Of a stretch of DNA of 64,000 bases, positions 8,809-17,878 are shown in pieces. The stretch comes from Minisyncoccota bacterium. Lineage in GTDB: Bacteria > Patescibacteriota > Minisyncoccia > Phycocordibacterales > SBAW01. The position numbers and the translations under genes are program-made. A model generated the notes under the pieces. The model saw only the letters and a list, made by a program, of their open reading frames with translations. It did not search any database and was not told the origin of the DNA. Every line of letters starts with the position of its first letter. The stretch's first letter is position 1. The stretch covers positions 1,530 through 65,529 of the forward strand of contig DASZWN010000003.1 of NCBI GenBank assembly GCA_035546575.1. Reading direction: 5' to 3'.

Positions 8809-10638
8809 ATGCAGGATGATCAGAAAATAAACTATTTTGCGGCAACTAACAGCCGCGGGAAGCAGGCGCCTTTTGGCATCAAGAGCAAGGACCGCGCTCG
8901 CCACATGTACATTATCGGCAAAACCGGTATGGGCAAGTCGACCATGCTCGAGAACATGGCTATCCAAGACATCCGCAACGGCGAGGGTATGGCCTTTATC
9001 GACCCGCACGGCTCTACCGCCGATCGTATTTTGGAATACGTTCCCGAGCACCGCATCAAAGACGTGCTTTATTTTGCGCCGTTTGATATGGACTATCCGG
9101 TTGCGTTTAACGTGATGGAGGACGTGGGCTACGACAAACGCCACCTTGTGGTCTCGGGCTTGCTCTCGGCATTCCGCAAAATTTGGGTAGACGCGTGGAG
9201 CGCCCGCATGGAATACATTCTCTCTAACACTTTGCTTGCGCTCCTGGAGTACGACGGCTCAACCTTGCTCGATGTTAACCGCATGCTGGTTAATAAGGCA
9301 TTCCGCAAAAAAGTTGTCGACAATATTAAAGACCCGACCGTGCGCGCATTCTGGGTAGAGGAGTTTGCCAACTACACCGACCGCTACACCCAAGACGCAA
9401 CACCGGCAATCCAAAACAAGGTCGGCCAATTTACCAGCAACCCCCTGATCCGCAACATCGTCGGGCAACCGAAGTCATCTTTTGATATCCGCAAGATGAT
9501 GGATGACAAAAAGATTCTCATCATCAACCTCTCCAAAGGCCGCATGGGCGAGGTAAACGCAACGCTGCTCGGCTCGATGCTCGTCACCAAGATTTATTTG
9601 GCGGCGATGTCGCGCGCCGATGTGCCTGCGGAGACGCTTGCCAAGCTCCCGCCGTTTTACCTGTACGTAGACGAGTTCCAAAACTTTGCCAACGAGTCGT
9701 TCTCTGACATTTTGTCCGAGGCTCGCAAATACAAGCTCAACCTCATTATTGCGCACCAGTATGTAGAGCAGATGGAGGAGGAAGTGCGCGACGCCGTGTT
9801 CGGCAACGTGGGTACCACAGTGACATTCCGCGTCGGGCCCTTTGACGCCGAGACGCTGGAAAAAGTGTTTGAGCCGCAATTTACTGCAACCGATTTGGTA
9901 AACCTCGGGTTTGCGCAGATTTACTTAACGCTCATGATCGATGGGGTAGGGTCGACGCCATTTTCTGCCACGACGCTGCCGCCGTTTGATCCGCCGCCCG
10001 AGAAGCATGTCGACAAAGTGATTGAGAACTCGCGCAAAGAGTTTGGCAAACCGCGCGCCGAGGTCGAGAGTGCAATTATTAAGTGGAACGAGGCTGATAT
10101 TGATAGTCCTGCTGCCCGTTCTGCCGCTGCGCTTAAAAAAGAAACGGGAACTTCTGCGCCCGCTAGAGCAACCTCCTCCGCGCCTAAAGCGGCAGCTCCT
10201 CGCGAGAAACCAGCAGAAGTAGTGCGCGAAGTCGTTAAAGAAACTGTAGTAGTTGCCGCGCCAGTGCCAGTAGTAAGGCAAGAAGCTCCGCGCCCAAAGC
10301 GTGAGGAGCCTAGGGTGCCACGCCCGGAACCGGAGCTGCCACCGCTTGGCGGCGCTACAAGCTTGCGTGAGGCGCTTATGCAAGTAACCAGCCATAAGCC
10401 GCAAGAACCGGCGCCTAAGCCCGCTGCACCACAACCGTCAAAACCGAAGCAGCAATCGCAAGGAACAGAACTAAAAGATGTACTCCATGCGGTGGCGCCT
10501 AAAGCAGAAGCTAAACCCGCAGCATCTAACCACACAACAGAAGACAAGCCTGTAGGATTGCCAGAAGATGTTTTGCGGTCTATGCTTGCCGTCGATGAGA
10601 CAGACGACGAACCAGGCGACCCAATCGAAAGAAGGTAG
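8809..10638 (+). CDS. P-loop NTPase of the FtsK/HerA/TraD-VirD4 superfamily (DUF87/AAA_10-like) with a C-terminal Pro/Ala/Lys/Glu-rich low-complexity tail
   Basis: Walker A IIGKTGMGKST and Walker B-like FYLYVDEFQNFA...IIAHQY. The last ~180 aa are low complexity (PKAAAPREKPAEV...PRPEPELPP...). Confidence 0.65.
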   Translation: MQDDQKINYFAATNSRGKQAPFGIKSKDRARHMYIIGKTGMGKSTMLENMAIQDIRNGEGMAFIDPHGSTADRILEYVPEHRIKDVLYFAPFDMDYPVAFNVMEDVGYDKRHLVVSGLLSAFRKIWVDAWSARMEYILSNTLLALLEYDGSTLLDVNRMLVNKAFRKKVVDNIKDPTVRAFWVEEFANYTDRYTQDATPAIQNKVGQFTSNPLIRNIVGQPKSSFDIRKMMDDKKILIINLSKGRMGEVNATLLGSMLVTKIYLAAMSRADVPAETLAKLPPFYLYVDEFQNFANESFSDILSEARKYKLNLIIAHQYVEQMEEEVRDAVFGNVGTTVTFRVGPFDAETLEKVFEPQFTATDLVNLGFAQIYLTLMIDGVGSTPFSATTLPPFDPPPEKHVDKVIENSRKEFGKPRAEVESAIIKWNEADIDSPAARSAAALKKETGTSAPARATSSAPKAAAPREKPAEVVREVVKETVVVAAPVPVVRQEAPRPKREEPRVPRPEPELPPLGGATSLREALMQVTSHKPQEPAPKPAAPQPSKPKQQSQGTELKDVLHAVAPKAEAKPAASNHTTEDKPVGLPEDVLRSMLAVDETDDEPGDPIERR

Positions 10639-11401
10639 TGACAACCGCTTCCCCGCAAAAGCACAACAAAGTGAGCTCTCCGGGCCGTTAGGCCGAGTCT
10701 TACTCACTTTCTTATGCTTTTGCGGGACGCTGCTCACTCCGTGCATTGCACTTGCTGCTCTGCAGATCACCCATGTTGAGTACGATCCGCCGGGCAGTGA
10801 CACCGGCCGCGAGTGGGTAGAGATAACCAACAAAGGCGATACAGCTGTTGATGTTTCTAAATTTAAATTTCTTGAGGCGGGAGTAAACCACAAACTCACC
10901 CTTGCCTCCGGGAGCGCATTGCTCGCACCAGGCGCTGCCGCAATTATTGCGAGCGACCCAAATACCTATTTGAGCGACCATTCCGATTCTGCGGCAAACG
11001 TGTTTAAGAGCTCGTTTTCGCTCTCAAACACTGGCGAGGAGCTCGCGCTTGTAAACGCGAGCGGGACGGTTGAGTACACCATATCGTACACTGCTGCGCT
11101 GAAACCTGCCGCAGCGCCAGCTAAAAAAGCTTCTACAAAAACCACCACGACAAAGTCAAAAGCAACGTCAACAAAAGCAATTGCAGCTCAGGCAACATCG
11201 TACGACAACTCAGACAACTCCGGAGCGGTTATACAAAGTGTAAAGAATATCCCGCCGATGATCGGGTGGGCGGCTGGCCTCGCGGCTATAGTCGCTCTCG
11301 GCATAGCTGGCGCGCTGTATGCGCGAGCAGGGAGTAAGACTTTCTTGTCGGCAGAACCATCTGCAGATACTGAAGAGGAATTCAGTATCGTTGAGAACTA
11401 G
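10568..11401 (+). CDS. Lamin-tail-domain (LTD) protein with signal/TM N-terminus and C-terminal TM anchor
   Basis: LTD signature ITHVEYDPPGSDTGREWVEITNKGDTAVDVSKFKF...LAPG; Thr/Lys-rich linker; C-terminal hydrophobic segment. The only in-frame starts (ATG 10568 and 10595) lie inside the 3' end of the ATPase gene, giving a 44-71 nt overlap. Confidence 0.6.
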   Translation: MFCGLCLPSMRQTTNQATQSKEGSDNRFPAKAQQSELSGPLGRVLLTFLCFCGTLLTPCIALAALQITHVEYDPPGSDTGREWVEITNKGDTAVDVSKFKFLEAGVNHKLTLASGSALLAPGAAAIIASDPNTYLSDHSDSAANVFKSSFSLSNTGEELALVNASGTVEYTISYTAALKPAAAPAKKASTKTTTTKSKATSTKAIAAQATSYDNSDNSGAVIQSVKNIPPMIGWAAGLAAIVALGIAGALYARAGSKTFLSAEPSADTEEEFSIVEN

Positions 11402-11412
11402 CGAAAACATTG

Positions 11413-11418
11413 TAGAAT
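11413..11418 (+). promoter_or_regulatory. -10 hexamer TAGAAT 8 nt upstream of the ATG at 11427 (leaderless-type)
   Basis: TAGAAT-aagctttt-ATG; no Shine-Dalgarno. Confidence 0.35.
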
Positions 11419-11426
11419 AAGCTTTT

Positions 11427-12287
11427 ATGGGAGCTCAAGATAATCCTAAACTCGCTCTGGTAACCGGCGGCGCCGGCTTTATAGGCTCGCATCTGTGCGA
11501 GCGTTTGGTTAAAGGCGGATATCGTGTAATCAGCCTCGACAATTATTTTACCGGCTCGAAAGAGAACCACGTTGCCGGAGTCGAGTACCGAGAGGGCCAC
11601 ACAAAGGATATCGAAAAGCACATTCCAGAGACTCCGGACATCATCTATCATCTTGGAGAATACTCCCGGGTTGAGATAAGCCTCACTGAGCCTGCGCTTG
11701 TGTGGGACTTAAATAAAGATGGCACATTTGGTGTGTTGGAATTTTGGCGCAAGAAAAAGCCAAAGCTTATCTATGCAGGGTCATCTACAAAATTTGGCGA
11801 TGGAGGTTTGGGTCGCGCACAAAGTCCCTATGCATGGAGCAAAGCAAGTAACACAGAATTGGTAAAAAATTATGCAGATTGGTACGGGCTCCAATATGCG
11901 ATCACCTATTTTTATAACGTATATGGACCAAGAGAGCGTCCTGCGAACCAGTATGGGACGCTTATAGAAACATTCCGAAGACAAAAGTTGGAAGGAAAGC
12001 CGCTAACGGTAGTTGCCCCGGGCACCCAAAAGCGAAACTTTACACATGTCGGTGACATTATCGAGGGTCTGATGTTGGTGGGCGAGAAAGGGGAAGGTGA
12101 TGATTTTGGCCTAGGCAGTGAAGAGTCCTTTTCGATACTTGATGTGGCAAAGCTGTTGGGAAGCGAAATTGTTATGTTGCCAGAGCGTGCCGGAAACCGA
12201 ATGGAATCTACGCTTGATACAAGCAAAGCAGAAGCGCTTGGTTGGAAAACAGCACATAGTCTAAAGGAATACGTGGCGCAGATATGA
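11427..12287 (+). CDS. NAD-dependent epimerase/dehydratase (extended SDR; UDP-sugar epimerase or decarboxylase-like)
   Basis: Rossmann motif VTGGAGFIGSHL and catalytic YxxxK (SPYAWSK). Confidence 0.8.
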   Translation: MGAQDNPKLALVTGGAGFIGSHLCERLVKGGYRVISLDNYFTGSKENHVAGVEYREGHTKDIEKHIPETPDIIYHLGEYSRVEISLTEPALVWDLNKDGTFGVLEFWRKKKPKLIYAGSSTKFGDGGLGRAQSPYAWSKASNTELVKNYADWYGLQYAITYFYNVYGPRERPANQYGTLIETFRRQKLEGKPLTVVAPGTQKRNFTHVGDIIEGLMLVGEKGEGDDFGLGSEESFSILDVAKLLGSEIVMLPERAGNRMESTLDTSKAEALGWKTAHSLKEYVAQI

Positions 12288-13486
12288 AGCGCGTACTTAT
12301 ATTCAGCCTCGCGTACTACCCAAAGTTTGTCGGGGGAGACTCTGTTGCAATAAGAGAGATCACGGACCGCACTAACCCCGATGAACTAGAGTTCCATATG
12401 GTAACGCTGCGCTTTGACTCAACTCTGCCTAAGGTAGAGCGGGTGGGGAATGTACTTGTGCACCGCATCGGATTTACGCGGGTCAACCCCAACTCTGCCG
12501 ACCTCAAGAAGTTTCCTCTCCACTACAACAAATATTTGTTCCAGTTTACGGCAGCATTCAAGGCGGCATCTTTGCATCATCGCTACAAATACGACGGCAT
12601 CTGGGCGGTGATGGCGCACTCAGCTGGTGTGCCCGCTGCGATCTTTAAGCTATTTCACTCCAATGTGCCGTATCTACTGACCCTGCAAGAAGGGGATCCG
12701 CCGCACTATATTGAGCGAGTTATGCGCCCGGTATGGCCGCTCTTTAAGCGAGCGTTTACAAGTGCCGACATGGTGCAAGCTATTTCAGTATTCTTGAGCG
12801 ACTGGGCTCGCCGAATGGGCTACAAAGGCCCGCTTGAGATAATCCCCAATGGCGTGGATATACGACGCTTTACCGGCCCTCAGGAAAGGTTTGAGGTTCG
12901 CAAAGCGCTTAATATACGAGAGAACGAAACGATCCTTATCACCTCATCGCGCTTGGTGCGCAAAAATGCTGTCGACGACGTAATCCGTGCGATGGCGCTG
13001 CTACCGGCAACCGTGCATTTTTTGGTGCTGGGTGTAGGGCCAGATGAAGCAAAACTAAAACAACTAGCACATGACCTGGGAGTAGCGCCGCGTGTAAAAT
13101 TCCTTGGGCACATCTCCCACGATAAACTGCCAGCATATTTGCAGGCATCGACTATTTTTATCCGTCCAAGCCGCTCGGAAGGCTTTGGCAACTCTTTTGT
13201 AGAAGCGATGGCGGCCGACTTGCCGGTTATTGCCACTCAAGAAGGGGGGATTGCAGACTTTTTGTTTGACCGGAAGCGCAACCCAGATATGCCAACCACG
13301 GGCTGGGCAGTAGACAAAGACTCGCCAGAGCAAATCGCTGCCGCTGCGGAGGATATTTTGAGCAACCCTGAGCAAGTAAAAAAGGTTATCAGTACTGCAC
13401 ACAAGCTTGCGGTCGAGAAATACGACTGGGAGATTGTCGCACGTGCTATGCGTCAGCGAGTCTTCAATCTATTACTCAAACACTAG
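12284..13486 (+). CDS. Glycosyltransferase family 4 (GT-B fold)
   Basis: C-terminal GT4 motif RPSRSEGFGNSFVEAMAADLPVIAT. Confidence 0.8.
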   Translation: MKRVLIFSLAYYPKFVGGDSVAIREITDRTNPDELEFHMVTLRFDSTLPKVERVGNVLVHRIGFTRVNPNSADLKKFPLHYNKYLFQFTAAFKAASLHHRYKYDGIWAVMAHSAGVPAAIFKLFHSNVPYLLTLQEGDPPHYIERVMRPVWPLFKRAFTSADMVQAISVFLSDWARRMGYKGPLEIIPNGVDIRRFTGPQERFEVRKALNIRENETILITSSRLVRKNAVDDVIRAMALLPATVHFLVLGVGPDEAKLKQLAHDLGVAPRVKFLGHISHDKLPAYLQASTIFIRPSRSEGFGNSFVEAMAADLPVIATQEGGIADFLFDRKRNPDMPTTGWAVDKDSPEQIAAAAEDILSNPEQVKKVISTAHKLAVEKYDWEIVARAMRQRVFNLLLKH

Positions 13487-13499
13487 TTACAATAAAGGC

Positions 13500-14510
13500 A
13501 TGAAAATACTCCTGGCCACTCCTCTGTATCCGCCGGACTCGGGCGGCCCTTCAACCTACGCAAAGATGCTGGTAGACGAGTTGCCCAAACGGGGCATTGA
13601 GGTGGTGTTGTTAAAGTTTGGCGAAGTGCACAACCTACCGCCGGTTGTGCGGCATATAGTCTACTTTTTTAAATGCATCAGTCGCGCTTGGGGGGTTGAT
13701 GCGATATATGCACTCGATACTATGAGTGTCGGATGGCCTGCGTTCTTTGCTTCGGTGTGTGCGTGGAAAAAATTTGTAGTGCGTGTTCCAGGGGATCATA
13801 TCTGGGAGCAAGGGGCGCAGCGTTTTGGCATCACAGCTTCTCTTGATGAGATGCAGCGATTTTCTTTGCGGTGGCACCCGTACCTACTATTTTTAAGAGT
13901 GTTGCAGCATTTCGTCATTCGATTTGCAAACGTAGTAGTTACGCCCAGCGAATACATGAAAAAGATTGTTATAAGTTGGGGTGCTCGTCCTGAGCGCGTA
14001 CAAGTAATCTATAGCAGTGTACATTTGCCAGTTGCATTTACTTTGCCCTCAAAGAGACCCGAGGGGTTTTTAGTGGTAACCATCGCGCGTCGTGTACCGT
14101 GGAAGGGGATAGAGGCTCTTGAGCGTGTGGTTGCTCGCGAGAGCGGCTGGGCCTTTAAACTGATTGTCGACTTGCCACATGTTGAAGCCATGGGCTGGGT
14201 TAAAGCGGCCGATGTATTTGCGCTCAATTCCACATACGAGGGCCTTTCACACGCACTCGTCGAGGCTATGGCACTTGGCACCTCCGTGGTGGCCACTAAC
14301 GTGGGCGGCAATCCTGAACTTGTCACATCGGGCAAAAATGGACTGCTTATTCCGCCCAAGGATGACGAAGCGCTATATGCTGCCCTTAAAAATATTGAAA
14401 CCCATCCAGAAGAGGCCAGAAAGCGGGTTGAGCATGCTAAAGAATACACGCAGCAATTTTCAATTGATATAACTATTGAAAAGTTGGTCAATCTGCTCAA
14501 GACAATATGA
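13500..14510 (+). CDS. Glycosyltransferase family 4
   Basis: MKILLATPLYPPDSGGPSTYA...EGLSHALVEAMALGTSVVATNVGG. The ATG at 13500 is preceded by AAAGG and follows the upstream stop; the ORF-track start at 13407 overlaps the previous gene. Confidence 0.75.
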   Translation: MKILLATPLYPPDSGGPSTYAKMLVDELPKRGIEVVLLKFGEVHNLPPVVRHIVYFFKCISRAWGVDAIYALDTMSVGWPAFFASVCAWKKFVVRVPGDHIWEQGAQRFGITASLDEMQRFSLRWHPYLLFLRVLQHFVIRFANVVVTPSEYMKKIVISWGARPERVQVIYSSVHLPVAFTLPSKRPEGFLVVTIARRVPWKGIEALERVVARESGWAFKLIVDLPHVEAMGWVKAADVFALNSTYEGLSHALVEAMALGTSVVATNVGGNPELVTSGKNGLLIPPKDDEALYAALKNIETHPEEARKRVEHAKEYTQQFSIDITIEKLVNLLKTI

Positions 14511-15586
14511 GAATTTTAATGATCAGCACGGATAGAAATTTGTGTAAAGCGGGGAGCGCGGTGCGCATGCGGCTCGAGAAGTACGCTGCTGCAGCGGGGG
14601 AGATTGATGTGATTTTATACGGCCTCCGGAGTCATAATTTGACACCTGTGGATAACTCGGGTGTTCATATTTACCCGACAAACTCTTCTTGGCGAGTTTT
14701 TTACATGCGCGATGCACTTCATGTTGCGCGGCGCCTCAGTAAACCTGACGTAGTTACTGCACAGGATCCGTTTGAAACCGGATGGGCTGGTATGCGGATT
14801 GCGCAGTACTTTGGCGTACCGCTGCATGTGCAAGTGCACACTAACTTTCTTGCCCCCTCTTTTACTAAGCGCCACTTCCCTCTTAATTTCTTGCGATTTT
14901 TTATCGCCGGTTTTGTTTTGCCGCGCGCGGCGCGCGTCCGCACGGTCTCAAATGCCATTAAAAACAGGCTGCTTAAAAAGTATCGTCTGACTTCCCCACC
15001 CACGGTGCTGCCGATTTATGTTGACGTGGCAAAGTACAAACACGCGATAGCGCCGGAGTCGCTCAAGCTTAAGTTTGCCGGGTTTGAGAGGAAAGTGCTT
15101 GTGGTCTCGCGGCTCGAGAGCGAAAAGAATATCGACCTCGCGATCCATGCATTCGCAGAAGCTGCTTCAGAAGACGCCTGCCTGATTATTGTCGGCAGCG
15201 GCAGCAAACAAGCGGAGCTTGAGCGCCATGTCCGCGAGCACGATCTGCTCGAGGGCCGCGTATTTTTTGAAGGCTTTCAGGATCCGACGCCCTATTACAA
15301 GATAGCCGACGTGGCGCTCTTTCCCTCAGACTCGTACGACGGGTATGGGATGGTTATTGTGGAGGCGCTAGCAAGCGGTGTGCCGGTTATCTCAACCGAC
15401 GTAGGTGTCGCACGCGAGGCCGGTGCTATAGTCACCGCGCCGCAAAACTTTGGGCATGTACTAGCACAGCTGCTGAGCGAGCCCAAAGAAGAGATCGTGC
15501 TCAAGAACTATCCATATGCGGACGAGGTGGCATATGTACGGGAGTGGGTTGCAGACATCATAGGAGCTAGTTCGCAAAAGGTTTAA
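14507..15586 (+). CDS. Glycosyltransferase family 4
   Basis: GT4 C-terminal domain (SDSYDGYGMVIVEALASGVPVISTDVG). Confidence 0.75.
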   Translation: MRILMISTDRNLCKAGSAVRMRLEKYAAAAGEIDVILYGLRSHNLTPVDNSGVHIYPTNSSWRVFYMRDALHVARRLSKPDVVTAQDPFETGWAGMRIAQYFGVPLHVQVHTNFLAPSFTKRHFPLNFLRFFIAGFVLPRAARVRTVSNAIKNRLLKKYRLTSPPTVLPIYVDVAKYKHAIAPESLKLKFAGFERKVLVVSRLESEKNIDLAIHAFAEAASEDACLIIVGSGSKQAELERHVREHDLLEGRVFFEGFQDPTPYYKIADVALFPSDSYDGYGMVIVEALASGVPVISTDVGVAREAGAIVTAPQNFGHVLAQLLSEPKEEIVLKNYPYADEVAYVREWVADIIGASSQKV

Positions 15587-15593
15587 AAATCAC

Positions 15594-15599
15594 TATACT
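15594..15599 (+). promoter_or_regulatory. -10 hexamer TATACT 6 nt upstream of the ATG at 15606 (leaderless-type)
   Basis: TATACT-cacccc-ATG. Confidence 0.35.
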
Positions 15600-15605
15600 C
15601 ACCCC

Positions 15606-16478
15606 ATGGACGCAAAGCCCACAGTTGGATTTATTGGACAAGGATTTATCGGTAAGAATTATGCCGACGATTTTGAACGTCGCGGCTACGGTGTTGTGCG
15701 CTATGCGCTTGAGCCGCAGTTTGCCTCTAACAAAGAAAAGATCGCGGATTGCGAATTTGTGCTTATCGCGGTCCCGACACCCACTACCCCAGAAGGCTTT
15801 GACGACTCAGTGTTGCGCGCGGTCTTGCCGCTTGTAGGAATAGGCAAGACAGCTGTTATAAAGTCGACTACGTATCCCGGCACCGCAAAAAAACTGCAGG
15901 CCCTATTCCCCGACCGCACGATACTGCACTCGCCGGAATTCTTGAGGGAAAGGACCGCTGCAGAAGACGCGGCACAACCTAAGCGCAACCTTATCGGTCT
16001 CTCGCAGCACACGCCGCTCCAACGGGAGCGAGCGGAGACTCTGCTCGCGATACTACCCTCGGCGCCCTACATACGCATCGCAGACGCGACGGAAACAGAA
16101 TTGATCAAATACGCGGGGAACGCGTTCCTCTTCTTTAAAGTGCTGTACGCAAACTTTTTCTACGACTTAGCCCAGTCGCTTGGGGTCGACTACGAGACGG
16201 TTGCCGACGCGGTTGCAGCCGATCCGCGCATCGGACCGTCTCATTTACAAGTGATCGACCAAAGCGGCCATAACGGAGCTGTTTCCGGACGCGGCGCAGG
16301 CGGGCATTGTCTTATAAAAGACTTTGCGGCGCTTAGGGAGTTATACGAAGAAGTGATGCCTGGGGATAAAGAAGGCAGCGCGCTTCTGCGAGCGTTTGAG
16401 CAAAAGAACGCAGCGCTGCTAAAAAATAGTGGCAAAGATCTCGACCTGCTTAATGGAGTATACGGAGATACCCTATGA
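15606..16478 (+). CDS. Nucleotide-sugar dehydrogenase family protein (UDP-glucose/GDP-mannose 6-dehydrogenase-like), unusually short at 290 aa
   Basis: N-terminal GFIGQGFIG Rossmann motif and catalytic-Cys motif GGHCLIKD (compare GGSCFPKD). Too short to hold the usual C-terminal UDP-binding domain. Confidence 0.6.
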   Translation: MDAKPTVGFIGQGFIGKNYADDFERRGYGVVRYALEPQFASNKEKIADCEFVLIAVPTPTTPEGFDDSVLRAVLPLVGIGKTAVIKSTTYPGTAKKLQALFPDRTILHSPEFLRERTAAEDAAQPKRNLIGLSQHTPLQRERAETLLAILPSAPYIRIADATETELIKYAGNAFLFFKVLYANFFYDLAQSLGVDYETVADAVAADPRIGPSHLQVIDQSGHNGAVSGRGAGGHCLIKDFAALRELYEEVMPGDKEGSALLRAFEQKNAALLKNSGKDLDLLNGVYGDTL

Positions 16479-17500
16479 AGCTCCTCATTCTTACGCAGAT
16501 CGTTGATCAAAACGACCACAGCCTCGGGTTCTTCCATTCGTGGATAGAGGAGCTTTCTACATATTTTGAGAAGATCACGGTTATTTGTCTAAAAGAGGGA
16601 GCTCATTCGTTGCCGCAACATGTCTCTGTTGTGAGCCTGGGCAAGGAAAGAGGAACTTCGCGTCCTGTACGCCTGTGGTTGCTGTTGCGTTACTCCTTAG
16701 CCCACCGAAACGAATACGACTCTGTATTTGTGCATATGAACCAGGAGTATATTCTCGCGGCAGGTCTTCTCTGGAAGTTCCTCGGTAAGCCTATATATAT
16801 GTGGCGCAACCATTACGCAGGAAGCATCCTCACCGACATTGCGGCTACATTTTGTAAAAATGTCTTCTGTACTTCAAAGTTTTCTTATACGGCAAAGTAT
16901 CGCAAGACTATACTCATGCCGATCGGAGTGAATCTTGCGCTATACCACAATACGGGGGTGAGACGTATCCCCCGCTCAGTACTTTTCTATGCGCGCCTTT
17001 CCCCCAGCAAACGTCCTCATGTCCTTATAGAGGCCCTCGTTATGCTCAAGAAGAAAGGGGTCGTATATACTGCAGATATCTATGGTACGGCGCTTCCTAA
17101 AGATGAGGAATATCTTATGCGACTTAAACGTCGAGTTACGGAGTCCGGCCTTGATGGCCAGATAAAATTTTATCCTGGCACGCCACCCGCAGAAGGTCCT
17201 GCAATATTTTCCGCACATGAGATATTTGTAAATCTTGGAGAGAGCGGAATGTACGACAAAACGCTCTTTGAGGCTGCAGCTTGCGGATCTCTGGTGATTG
17301 CGGCAAGTAAAGATTGGGCATCCTTGGTGCACGGCCGCGTTGTAGAGAGTGAAGAGTCGCTCGCGCAAGTAATTGAGGAGACGCTCTCATTCTCGCAAGA
17401 AGAACAAGAAGCAGCAAGGGCTACTTTTCGTCGAGCAGTAGAGGAACATAGTCTCTCAGTGCTTGGTGAGCGGCTTGCAAAGACGATGTTAGCTAACTAA
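16475..17500 (+). CDS. Glycosyltransferase (GT-B fold, GT4-like)
   Basis: Two-domain GT-B architecture with a C-terminal ...LFEAAACGSLVIAAS motif. Confidence 0.55.
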   Translation: MKLLILTQIVDQNDHSLGFFHSWIEELSTYFEKITVICLKEGAHSLPQHVSVVSLGKERGTSRPVRLWLLLRYSLAHRNEYDSVFVHMNQEYILAAGLLWKFLGKPIYMWRNHYAGSILTDIAATFCKNVFCTSKFSYTAKYRKTILMPIGVNLALYHNTGVRRIPRSVLFYARLSPSKRPHVLIEALVMLKKKGVVYTADIYGTALPKDEEYLMRLKRRVTESGLDGQIKFYPGTPPAEGPAIFSAHEIFVNLGESGMYDKTLFEAAACGSLVIAASKDWASLVHGRVVESEESLAQVIEETLSFSQEEQEAARATFRRAVEEHSLSVLGERLAKTMLAN

Positions 17501-17503
17501 GAG

Positions 17504-17509
17504 TATACT
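17504..17509 (+). promoter_or_regulatory. -10 hexamer TATACT 6 nt upstream of the ATG at 17516 (leaderless-type)
   Basis: TATACT-taccct-ATG. Confidence 0.35.
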
Positions 17510-17515
17510 TACCCT

Positions 17516-17878
17516 ATGGCCTACATATATTTATTACTCGCGTTTGTCATTAACGCTCTTGCTAGCATCTTACTAAAGCTCGATGCGGCAGGGGCACCGC
17601 TCTCGTTTGAGCGGGGACTTAGTGCGACTATCTTTGAGCACAAACTACTCATGTTAGGGCTCATATCTTTTGCTGCAAATGTGATCTTTTATTGGTTGGC
17701 GCTTAAGTCGCTCCCCTTAAGCGTGGCCTACCCCACTATGGTGGGCGGTAGTTTTATTATTGTGCTTGGCTACGCAGCGTTTGCGCTGCACGAAGGAGTC
17801 TCTTTGACCCAGATTACCGGGTACGTCTTGATTTTTGTGGGGATTTTGCTCGTGCTTTTGAAGGGCGCGAACTCATAA
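17516..17878 (+). CDS. Small 4-TM DMT/SMR-superfamily transporter (EamA-like; ArnE/ArnF-like undecaprenyl-phosphate-sugar flippase subunit candidate)
   Basis: 120 aa, four predicted TM helices, the size class of ArnE/ArnF/SMR proteins, set among glycan genes. Confidence 0.55.
   Translation: MAYIYLLLAFVINALASILLKLDAAGAPLSFERGLSATIFEHKLLMLGLISFAANVIFYWLALKSLPLSVAYPTMVGGSFIIVLGYAAFALHEGVSLTQITGYVLIFVGILLVLLKGANS

Noticed and set aside
9921-10664. 247-aa minus-strand ORF (Ser/Gly/Ala-rich) and others antisense to the ATPase gene
   Set aside because: Antisense to the low-complexity, GC-rich tail of the ATPase; the composition-driven open frame is typical of the reverse strand of Pro/Ala/Lys-rich coding DNA.
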